Shown piece by piece: positions 28,966 through 37,942 of a stretch of 64,000 nucleotides of DNA. The translations under genes were made by a program, and so were the position numbers. The notes below the pieces were generated by a model. The model did not search any database and was not told the origin of the DNA. It worked only from the letters and a program-made list of their open reading frames with translations. The first letter of the stretch is position 1. Every line of letters begins with the position of its first letter. This stretch comes from Gammaproteobacteria bacterium (GTDB lineage Bacteria; Pseudomonadota; Gammaproteobacteria; CAJXQU01). The stretch covers positions 2,432,001 to 2,496,000 of the forward strand of contig CBDEGZ010000003.1 of assembly GCA_965238175.1 (NCBI GenBank), in the 5' to 3' direction.

Positions 28966-29679
28966 TTACTCAGCAACAGGATGATTTATGGCATTTGTGT
29001 CACTAATAGCAGCCTTATAAATTACGAAACCAAAGATGATCTTGTTTAAAAAATCAGCTAGGTTATAAATAATGTTGAGACTGTTAGTATCAACCCCTCC
29101 ACCCAGGTTATTGATAAAGTATCCGAGTGGATAAATTGCCCAACCGATAGTGACGATCAACCGTAATCCGTTAAATGCCATATGCGTTGCCTCGTTACCG
29201 CTTTCAGTATTAACGCGTCCAGCCTCACCCATATAGAGCTCACCGAGAATGTACAGCCAACCGACCACACCGATAATGAAACCCAAAGTTGCACTCATAT
29301 AACCTGCCGCACCCAGGAACTCACCAATAACCATAACCAATGATCCAATTAGCAAACGCCAAAATAAGGCTGGCGACACCTCTGTCACAGCCGCTAGCAC
29401 CACGTAAAACAGCACCACCTGCATTGAATGCGACAGTACCCAATCCACATAGCGCAAAATAATCGGCGCAGTACCCGTATCCACCCACATGCTTTTTGTG
29501 TAGTGATAAAAAATAGCGGAAACCAGCATCACAACACCGAGCAATGTCATCGTCGTGTGCCATCGGCTGTCCACCCTGTTTCTTTCCAGCAGGAAAAAAA
29601 TGGTGGCTCCGATCATGGCCATTGACAATAGCCAGAATGATCCACCTACTACGTCTGTTGGTAATAACATCTTGTTCAT
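28966..29679 (-). CDS. Proteorhodopsin-like microbial rhodopsin (flotillin-associated type)
   Basis: Seven TM helices with PR hallmarks SFWL, FFLLER, RYVDW, GWAIYPLGY and NIIYNLADFLNKIIFG (retinal-binding Lys). Confidence 0.95.
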   Translation of the reverse strand: MNKMLLPTDVVGGSFWLLSMAMIGATIFFLLERNRVDSRWHTTMTLLGVVMLVSAIFYHYTKSMWVDTGTAPIILRYVDWVLSHSMQVVLFYVVLAAVTEVSPALFWRLLIGSLVMVIGEFLGAAGYMSATLGFIIGVVGWLYILGELYMGEAGRVNTESGNEATHMAFNGLRLIVTIGWAIYPLGYFINNLGGGVDTNSLNIIYNLADFLNKIIFGFVIYKAAISDTNAINHPVAE

Positions 29680-29750
29680 GAAAGCCCTCTACTATCTATT
29701 TTATTTATTAAAACAATGACATACATGCTGTCGTCATGCCTTTCACATCT

Positions 29751-31175
29751 TTATATCTGCGTCCGTATGTGCGGTGAACGTGCATACAAGGCCACCATCG
29801 GCAGAATCAGCAAACCAAACACGAATTGCTGCCCTTCAAAACTCAAACCGATACCCACAAGAAACGACGACAGTACTTGTAGAACAAGCACACCAATGAC
29901 CGTGAATCCATAGCCGCCAATACCACCAAGCAAGGAAGTCCCCCCTACAACAACCGCAGCCAGCGTCATGAACAAATACTGATCGCCCACACCGATAAAA
30001 GCACCGCCACTCCAACCCAGCAGCAAAGCGCCAGTCAAAGCTGAAATCAAACCGCTGATGCAATACACACCCACCCAGTAGGAGTGCTCTGAAATTGACA
30101 AGCGTGCAGCTGCTATTCGACCGCCACCCAAGGCGTAGAGATTTCTTCCCCAGCTTGAATTACGTAATCCAAAAATCAGAATGATGGCCGCCAGGATCCA
30201 GACAACAACAACCGGCGGAATACTAATACCGGCGATGCTGCCATTGACAGAGGCAATATTAGTTAACCAATTAGGAACAACACCGAACACGGTGCCACCG
30301 GAGCCAAGAGTAGTGATAGTTTGAACACCACCAGAGACAGCAAAACCAACCCCCAGTGTCAGGATGAGGGCCTGCCCCTGTAGTTTGAAACTCAATAGAC
30401 CGTTGACAAGCCCAATGGCGGCACCAACCAGCAGCACCGCAAGGATGGCAAGCCAGGGTGGGATGCCCATGTTGAGCAGGAACATCAAACCAACGTTCGA
30501 ACCACCGATAACAAAGGGAATGGATAGATCCAAGCCGCCCAGCAAAGCAACCAGTGTTTGCCCGATACAAGCCAGCCCCAAAAACGAAGCAAACAGCAGC
30601 ATTGATTTGAGATTCAACGTAGAAAGAAATCCCTCTACAACCAAGATACCAATAATAAAAAGCCCAATAAGAACGGTGAGACCCAAGTAAGCACTTTTAT
30701 TATTTTTAACGTTTTTATTAATAACAATGCCAATAACAATCAGCAGGACAAATACAAGTGCCGCGAGGATATTAGACGGTTGAAAGAAGTCCTCGACAGC
30801 AGCACCAACGGCAAAGAAAAGGGCGATCCCGAGCAAAATACCAATCAAGGCACCCTTGTATCTGGAGATAAGTAAACTAAAATAACTTTGTTCGTGCTCA
30901 TCCTCATCACCAGGTTTTACTTCTGCTGCTGCAACTGGCTCAACTGCTTCAGCCTCTGTTGTGCTGATGGCTATTGCATCATCACGATATATCCAGCGCA
31001 CTGAAAAGTGGTGCCAACCCCATAAAATGAGACCGAAGATTGCAACCGTGTAGAAAACAATGTGTTGTGTAGGCATATCATCAAGCGATCCCAGTACAGC
31101 ACTGACCCCAGCGACTAGCATTGCGATAACTAAACCCAGTCCCTTGTAAAACGAAAAGGCGCCTCTGGTGCTCAT
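29751..31175 (-). CDS. ABC permease (RbsC/BPD_transp_2 family) with an N-terminal membrane extension
   Basis: Motifs GQTLV.L.GGLDLS, GRNLYALGG...AARLS and AAVVVGGTSL.GG.G; 474 aa. Confidence 0.88.
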   Translation of the reverse strand: MSTRGAFSFYKGLGLVIAMLVAGVSAVLGSLDDMPTQHIVFYTVAIFGLILWGWHHFSVRWIYRDDAIAISTTEAEAVEPVAAAEVKPGDEDEHEQSYFSLLISRYKGALIGILLGIALFFAVGAAVEDFFQPSNILAALVFVLLIVIGIVINKNVKNNKSAYLGLTVLIGLFIIGILVVEGFLSTLNLKSMLLFASFLGLACIGQTLVALLGGLDLSIPFVIGGSNVGLMFLLNMGIPPWLAILAVLLVGAAIGLVNGLLSFKLQGQALILTLGVGFAVSGGVQTITTLGSGGTVFGVVPNWLTNIASVNGSIAGISIPPVVVVWILAAIILIFGLRNSSWGRNLYALGGGRIAAARLSISEHSYWVGVYCISGLISALTGALLLGWSGGAFIGVGDQYLFMTLAAVVVGGTSLLGGIGGYGFTVIGVLVLQVLSSFLVGIGLSFEGQQFVFGLLILPMVALYARSPHIRTQI

Positions 31176-31211
31176 TTTATTTGCTCTTATCCTCCTCTAT
31201 ACGCATAATGA

Positions 31212-33410
31212 TTACCTTTCCCACGGACTAATTGCATCATCGCGTTTTTCGCCGACGATGTAGGTGTTGATTATGTGCATAACGTTTGGTGCTGTAATAA
31301 TCGACATACCGATAACCGCCAGGATTTTCCACAGCGGAACACCGATTGCGTAAAACAGACCGCTCCAGGCTAACGTGGCTAAAGCAGCGATATGCCAGTA
31401 ACGCCAAAAACTACGGAAACTGGATTCGCCCATCGCCATACGAAGGAAGATATGCAACATAAGAATAATGAAACCGCAGTAAGCCAACTCTGAAAATATC
31501 GCCATATCTGAGACGCCCACACCAACTCTGGCAGGGTCGGAATACTCGATGGCTGGTAGTTCCATAGGTGTCACACCCGTGCGAATAACAGGTTCGGCAT
31601 AACCCGCCCCTTGAGCGATCACGTCAGCAGGTATACCGCTACCGCTGGCGAAGAAATACACAACAATGACGGCTAGCACCGCTAAGGCACCAATGAACAG
31701 GTTATTAATATTGTGCAGTTTGGTTTGTACCAGCGGCGCCGTGATGGCGAACAACAGCGCGCCGACCAGAATAATGGCATATATTTCACCGGACAGTTGA
31801 CCAGCCAAATAGCCCTTGTCCGCATCTGAGAAGAACATGGCGCCAACAGCAATGACTGCAACCGCACCACCAAATAGAATCATTGCAACGCGTTTTGTGC
31901 GAATTGCCACCTGTGGCAGCATCACCAGAACGATCAAGGAAGTCAGTAGTACAGTACCCAACACCCCCATCAGCACATAGGTAGATTGAGCCACCGATTC
32001 GGTCATATTAAATGTGCCGCCGGCGTAAGTGATCGTTTCCAAGGCAAAGAAACCATACGTCTGCTCAACAACACTCGATGCCGACACTTGCGAAGCTACT
32101 GCCGTTATCGCTTCAGTTGGGGCACCTGAATTAGCCATCAGGCCTATGGCAACAACGATCAAGACGATAATAAAACCGATCATTGGCCCTGTCGTATGCT
32201 TCATCAACGCGCGCACTGCGCAAGCGATAGCCGCCCCGCCAAGAATGACGAATAGGAAATAAGTGCCTACTGGATAGGATGTATACGCTGTTTCTACAGG
32301 CGCAACATATTTCCACTCAGCTGCTGCCGCCAATGCCGCTGGATCTATCAAATTATCCATTGCGGCATGCATACTCACGCCCATCGCAATGACCGCCAGT
32401 ATCACGAAAAACATGATGGGCGACAGATTGCGAGCGATTTTTTGCAGTTGAGGAATCGCCACACTGATTAATAGAGAAATAACCAGCACCGCACCATAAG
32501 CCATGTCAGTAACATAACTTTGTACCTGGCCGAAGTTAAACGTGGACAGCGCATAGGTGATCAAATAGATATTTAACGCACCTAACAGACCACCAAAAGC
32601 ACTACCCCGGCCACCGGCCAGGTTGGCACCGCCAAGCACCAGAGCGGTCACAGCCATCAAAGTGTAGGTTGTGCCTTGCGAGGGATCGCCAGAACTGATC
32701 AGCGAGGTAAAGGTCAAGGCAGCAAGCCCGGCGTATATACCACCGACAATATGTGCACCTAACCGCACCATGTTGATATTTACTCCACTGGTGTAGGTCG
32801 CCCGTTCATCTGAGCCCATCATTATGAGGTTGCCGAAAAAGGCGGTTTTAGCAAGAACGTACCAGCCGAGGGTCGCGGCGATTAAGATCACCAGAACCGG
32901 TGAAAAAATGGTAGTTCCTGCACCCCAGTCCAACATCCATTCTGGTGCCAACCCGCCAGGTCGCGGCATAATCATCAGGTTCAGACCCACCAGAGCAAGA
33001 TAGCCACTCAATGAAACGATGATCGGCTGCACACGGACGAAAATAATAATCAAGCCGAGCAATATTTGATAGACAACACCGACAGCCATGGCAAAAAGGA
33101 ATACTGCTATTGGCGACTCAATGAAACCAATGCCGACTAACTGGATCAAACTGACATTAACAAAACCGATGAGTGGACCAATAGACAGGTCAACACCAGC
33201 TCGCCCTGCCATCGTAATCATGGTTAATGCGTAAGTCGCCAAAACCAGTGGCGCGACCACGATCACAGCACTACCGATCCCTGCACTAGAGATCAAATTA
33301 GGTCCTCTGATAACGGCAAAGATCAGCAATACAAAGAAGATAAAAATCGGAACCATAAGGTATGTACTCGCCCCGGAACCTGACTCTTTGCGCTTTTTTA
33401 CAGTATTCAC
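31212..33410 (-). CDS. ABC permease (RbsC family) with a ~410-aa C-terminal multi-TM extension
   Basis: Motifs GVDLSIG, GSDERATYTSGVN and ALVLGGANLAGGRG lie within the first ~320 aa; 732 aa in total. Confidence 0.88.
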   Translation of the reverse strand: MNTVKKRKESGSGASTYLMVPIFIFFVLLIFAVIRGPNLISSAGIGSAVIVVAPLVLATYALTMITMAGRAGVDLSIGPLIGFVNVSLIQLVGIGFIESPIAVFLFAMAVGVVYQILLGLIIIFVRVQPIIVSLSGYLALVGLNLMIMPRPGGLAPEWMLDWGAGTTIFSPVLVILIAATLGWYVLAKTAFFGNLIMMGSDERATYTSGVNINMVRLGAHIVGGIYAGLAALTFTSLISSGDPSQGTTYTLMAVTALVLGGANLAGGRGSAFGGLLGALNIYLITYALSTFNFGQVQSYVTDMAYGAVLVISLLISVAIPQLQKIARNLSPIMFFVILAVIAMGVSMHAAMDNLIDPAALAAAAEWKYVAPVETAYTSYPVGTYFLFVILGGAAIACAVRALMKHTTGPMIGFIIVLIVVAIGLMANSGAPTEAITAVASQVSASSVVEQTYGFFALETITYAGGTFNMTESVAQSTYVLMGVLGTVLLTSLIVLVMLPQVAIRTKRVAMILFGGAVAVIAVGAMFFSDADKGYLAGQLSGEIYAIILVGALLFAITAPLVQTKLHNINNLFIGALAVLAVIVVYFFASGSGIPADVIAQGAGYAEPVIRTGVTPMELPAIEYSDPARVGVGVSDMAIFSELAYCGFIILMLHIFLRMAMGESSFRSFWRYWHIAALATLAWSGLFYAIGVPLWKILAVIGMSIITAPNVMHIINTYIVGEKRDDAISPWER

Positions 33411-33574
33411 TTTTGTTGACTCTTAATCACGGTTCGTATTAACCCTATGTATGTTTACTGAAGTCCACAGGGTGAAAAAATTGCAGACTTCTTCATATTT
33501 AATATCTTGACTCTTGCAACACATTCAATCCTGCTTAACTCACTTGGACGCTGACACTAACAGGCACATCAGTG

Positions 33575-35893
33575 CTATTTCTCTCCAAGCATCAACTGGT
33601 TAAATTTTTGCAGATCCTTTTCGCTATACTCGAATGGACTAGAAACTGCTTGCCGGGACTTCTCCTTGTGGTTCTCAAATTTCGCCTTACTTTCTTTTTT
33701 GCCTACAGAGATGAACTCATTACTATGGGGCTCCTCAACCTCCGGCTGCATAAGCTCCTGGAATCTACGCTCGTCTGCATCGCTGTAATTTGCACCGTTA
33801 TCTCTACACCCAGAAAAACGTGTTACCTTTCTGCCCTTTTTCTCAAAAACCATCAGCTCCTCAAAATTACGTGCGTCATCCTCCGAGTATTGGGTTCCTG
33901 TCGACGACACTATTTCTTCATGTCGCTTATCATCATCACGAAGCCCCAAAATATCTTCTTCAACACCCGAAGATATCATCAACTTTTCGAACTGGTCTTC
34001 ATCACTTGAGCTATAACCATCTTTGCCCAGACTTGAAGTCAGAGGCTCTTCTTTGAAATATTTGCTTACGTTGAGTTTGCTCACATTGAACTCCGAGTTT
34101 GTCTCTTTGTTTGTTTCTGATTCGACTTTTTCCGAGGGTTTAATTTCAGACTTAATTGACTGCTGACTAATGGTGTTTTGCTTCAACAGCAGCTGCTTTT
34201 CTCTGTCGCTTTTCGGTTTGCTGACAGTCTTTCGGGGGCTTGTTTGTTTACTATTGCCAACGGCTGCTCTCATTTTTCGTTCCAGGTAGGCCTGATGAGA
34301 ACCATCTTTGCCCTGATAGCGACCAAACATCGACTCGAGAATGCCGACCGGCTCAATCTTTTCATCTACAAATTCTTCAAAAATACTGCCATTACGAAAC
34401 ACCAGAACGCGCGAACAAAATCCAATAAATTCTTCCAGTTCGCTTGACATATAAATTGCCGAACTGCCTTCCCCGGCGAATTCACGCAATTGCTTGTAAA
34501 GATCCCTTTTGGTATGCAAGTCAATACCACGAGCAGGATCCAGCAAAACCAAGGTTTTTGGATGGGTCGCGAAAGCACGTCCCAGCATTACTTTTTGCTG
34601 GTTACCACCACTCAATGAGGTGATCAGGTTTTCTTTCGGTCCGGTTTTAATGGCAAGACGCTCGACCTCCCAATCAAAAACATCTCTTAAACTAAACCAG
34701 TCAATCAAACGTGCACCAGGCAACTTCGAATGACTGTGATATAAGGGGAGTAATAAATTCTCAAAAATACTTAAATTCGGGAGAATGCCTTCTTTTTTAC
34801 GATCACCCGATACAAATGCGATATTATGAGTTTTAGCATCGTCCAGACTTCTAATGGTGAAATAATCTTCTGAATTTTGCTTTCTCACCAGAGTATGACC
34901 ATCACTAGCTTCTTTAACTCCAGCAATAATGCGGCAAAAATCGTCCTGACCGTGACCATCCAAGCCAGTAACACCGATAATTTCACCCTTTAACAGATCG
35001 AAATTCATCGGTTCAGCATCGGCCCAAACCTTCATATTCCTGGTTTTTACGGCAGACTCGGTGTTCGTTGTTTGATGAGCATCACCAATTTTCGGCTTTT
35101 CCGACTCAGACTTGCCAGTCATTAAACGCAACAGGTTTTCTTCGGTGATTTCCTCTTTTTGCAAAACACCAACATCTATGCCATCGCGCATCACCGTGCA
35201 ACGATCACTGACACGAATCAACTCCGCGATGCGGTGAGTAACGATAATAATCGCAGTACCAGCATCCCGCATTTGCCGCATTTTTTCGAACAGCCGTTCC
35301 GTTGAATCAAAATCCAACGCAGCGGATGATTCATCGAGAATCAGAAGATCCGGATCACATAAAAAACCACGGCAAATGGTTATCCATGCTTTGATACTTA
35401 ATGGCAAAGTACCTGCTAGCTGCAGCGGATCAATCGGCTCGCCGCACATCTCACTCATCAACTCACGCGCCTTGTCCTCTTTCTCCGTGTCCGACATAGA
35501 TTTTGAGAAGAAACCATCAGAGCCAATAAACAGGTTATCAACCACCGAAGCCTCGTCAGCGACCAGTACTTCCTGGAATACCATAGCAACCCCGACTGAA
35601 CGGGACTCGCCTGGCGTACTAGGATGATGCCCTTTAATAGATACCTTCCCTGAATCAATTGGTAAAACACCAGCCAGCACTTTGGCCATAGTACTTTTAC
35701 CACAGCCGTTACCCCCGGTAATCGCGTGAATCTCACCGAAATTACCGTTAAAGGTAGCACCGTTCAAGGCTTTGGTTACCCCAAATGCCTTATGGACATT
35801 CCTAACATAAAGGTCACCCGGATAGGTGGTTAACACTTCCCCTGCAACTCCTGAGGAATTATTCTCAGGTGTTTTGTCGGCTGCGATTTCCAC
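33575..35893 (-). CDS. Sugar-type ABC ATPase (RbsA-like, two NBDs) with a ~245-aa charged C-terminal tail
   Basis: Motifs GGNGCGKST, LILDES, VTHR and LSGGNQQK. The tail contains four YSxxDxxxFxxLM repeats. Confidence 0.9.
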   Translation of the reverse strand: MEIAADKTPENNSSGVAGEVLTTYPGDLYVRNVHKAFGVTKALNGATFNGNFGEIHAITGGNGCGKSTMAKVLAGVLPIDSGKVSIKGHHPSTPGESRSVGVAMVFQEVLVADEASVVDNLFIGSDGFFSKSMSDTEKEDKARELMSEMCGEPIDPLQLAGTLPLSIKAWITICRGFLCDPDLLILDESSAALDFDSTERLFEKMRQMRDAGTAIIIVTHRIAELIRVSDRCTVMRDGIDVGVLQKEEITEENLLRLMTGKSESEKPKIGDAHQTTNTESAVKTRNMKVWADAEPMNFDLLKGEIIGVTGLDGHGQDDFCRIIAGVKEASDGHTLVRKQNSEDYFTIRSLDDAKTHNIAFVSGDRKKEGILPNLSIFENLLLPLYHSHSKLPGARLIDWFSLRDVFDWEVERLAIKTGPKENLITSLSGGNQQKVMLGRAFATHPKTLVLLDPARGIDLHTKRDLYKQLREFAGEGSSAIYMSSELEEFIGFCSRVLVFRNGSIFEEFVDEKIEPVGILESMFGRYQGKDGSHQAYLERKMRAAVGNSKQTSPRKTVSKPKSDREKQLLLKQNTISQQSIKSEIKPSEKVESETNKETNSEFNVSKLNVSKYFKEEPLTSSLGKDGYSSSDEDQFEKLMISSGVEEDILGLRDDDKRHEEIVSSTGTQYSEDDARNFEELMVFEKKGRKVTRFSGCRDNGANYSDADERRFQELMQPEVEEPHSNEFISVGKKESKAKFENHKEKSRQAVSSPFEYSEKDLQKFNQLMLGEK

Positions 35894-35931
35894 TTATCCG
35901 GGCCCTTCCACAATCAATTAATTACTAAAGA

Positions 35932-37119
35932 TTAATGAGTTGCTGGATCGTATTTTGTTGGATCTGCTGGGCGCAGGAAGAAATTATCCAGATAACCGGG
36001 TCCACCCCAGCGATCAACACCTACATTCAGCCATTCGGTAGAATTGCGATCACAGTCCTCACCTAGCAAGGCTTCAACCTCCTCATATTCAATCAATACT
36101 GATGGCACTAATACGGACTGAATCTTAGGCCCTTGTCCCTGCATGGTACGCATCATGATGTTAAAGCCCAGTTCGATATCATCACCTGGAGGCCAGGTTT
36201 GAATCGCACCGCTGATATAATCAGGGTTGTTGCGCCAGTAGCACAATGCACCCATTTCACCACCAATGGACATTGGCGGAATATCATCACGACCTGACTG
36301 CAAGATTGCCTGCAGTACGCCAGTTTCACCTGAAGATTGCACAGCAATGCCATCCAGTTCGCCGGGGTGCGTTGCTAGCCACTTCTGCGTTTCCGCCTGA
36401 CCAACCTGAGAGGTCCACATGTGAGCGATATTACCTGTGACCTCAATATCTTCAGATTGTGACAAACCGTCCAGAACACCACGGTTTTGAGAGTCGGATG
36501 CAGATGCACCAGGAATACCTTCAATTACCAGGACATTACCTTCCTCATCAATTTCTTCTGCCATCCAACGGCCTATTTCATAGCCAGCCTGATGGTAGTT
36601 AACCGATGAGTTAACTACATAAGGTGAGGTGACATAACCTGTGAAGGAAAACACCGGTACACCTTTGTCATAAGCATATTTAATAGATTGATTTAGAGCA
36701 GTTGGATTTGAGCAACAGATAATGATTGCATCAACACCCTGATCAACTAGCTGTCGAATCTGTTGAATCTGCAGAGAATCTTTTAGATTGGATTGCGTAA
36801 CAATTATATCTTTGAGTAAGCCAAGCTCTTGCCACTTTGGCTTTAACTCTCCAAGCAGACGCTCCATTGCGCCTTTTCGCCAGGTATTACCAGCATAGGT
36901 ACTGGCATAACCAATAGTCCAAGGTGGCTTACGCTCACTTTTCCACTCTCTAAAGACGCTAATATCAAGCGGTTGTGCTGGATCTGTATATTTTGGGTCA
37001 TATGCTTTTTCTCGAATATCATCAGGAATCTCATCAAGACCTTCTGCTACAGATGTAGCCGACAACCCTAACGAACACGCAACTAATGTGATTAGCTGAA
37101 TTATTTTTCTCATAATCAA
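35932..37119 (-). CDS. ABC substrate-binding protein (RbsB/Peripla_BP_4 family)
   Basis: Signal peptide, then IGYASTYAGNTWR, QIQQIRQLVDQGVDAII and IEGIPGAS. Confidence 0.9.
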   Translation of the reverse strand: MIMRKIIQLITLVACSLGLSATSVAEGLDEIPDDIREKAYDPKYTDPAQPLDISVFREWKSERKPPWTIGYASTYAGNTWRKGAMERLLGELKPKWQELGLLKDIIVTQSNLKDSLQIQQIRQLVDQGVDAIIICCSNPTALNQSIKYAYDKGVPVFSFTGYVTSPYVVNSSVNYHQAGYEIGRWMAEEIDEEGNVLVIEGIPGASASDSQNRGVLDGLSQSEDIEVTGNIAHMWTSQVGQAETQKWLATHPGELDGIAVQSSGETGVLQAILQSGRDDIPPMSIGGEMGALCYWRNNPDYISGAIQTWPPGDDIELGFNIMMRTMQGQGPKIQSVLVPSVLIEYEEVEALLGEDCDRNSTEWLNVGVDRWGGPGYLDNFFLRPADPTKYDPATH

Positions 37120-37942
37120 ATCCTCCTCTTTGGATGATTATTTGGTGGTATAGCTGAACGTTTTTATAGTTATTTTGAGATAGTCTACAAAATCACACAG
37201 ACATGCCCATAAGTTATAATTTAAAGCTATAATATACTAACTTTAGTTAGTGTTATTAATTTAATCATGGACTATATTCTTTTGTCAATGCGACACTCTA
37301 TCTAAAGATATATTTATTTAGACCTAATATGCAGTGGTTCTAGATAATTACTGAAAGAATTAATAAGTGTTGAAAGTAACCTTAAGCGTTATATCTAAAG
37401 AATTCTCGATTCCAGAAAAATATATATAACTAGTTATTATTCAATAATTTAATAAATTAATGCTTTTAAGTTTTTTCACTCAAATCTTACAAGATTATTT
37501 GAATTTTAAGGTGAAAATATATTTTCCATAGACTATGCATATATAGACCAATGTTATATCCATACCTGTTAAATAGGTAATCCGAAACAATTTGGATAGC
37601 AGATAACAGAATAGATGTGCACTGAAGTAAGCGAGGACCGTTATTTGAGCTACGCCATTAGCTAAGCGTTCGAAACATGGAGATTCACACTTAGAACCAT
37701 GGGTTAGCGAGAGGAATATACTTCGAAACAAATAAGTGAAAATCAGCGTACTAGAATGTAGCGTCGTCCAGAAAATACACTCATTCTAGACAGGAAAATC
37801 AAAATGGTATGATGTAGTTGGGTACAAATAGATAGTGACAATCTGCTGGTGTCGTATTGCTAGTAAACAGCCGATGAAGTTTAACGCTTAATTAGGATAT
37901 TAAAGTGCAGAGTGTCCATAGGTTTATATAAATGAGAGTATC

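Noticed and set aside
28966-29679. Calling the rhodopsin a phototrophy module or a wholly new family
   Set aside because: No crtEIBY/blh genes are in the window and proton-pumping residues are altered. Flotillin-associated rhodopsins are already described, so only the motif variant and the extended operon are flagged.
34500-35420. Degenerate signature and Walker motifs in the tailed ABC ATPase (LPLSIK, GLDGHGQ, LLDPARG)
   Set aside because: RbsA-type tandem ATPases normally have one degenerate site, and the composite active site (GxxGxGKST, LDE, H, LSGGNQQ) is intact.
37495-37731. 78-aa minus-strand ORF in the SBP/kinase intergenic region
   Set aside because: No ATG start, RBS or recognisable motif; it lies in an AT-rich divergent promoter region.
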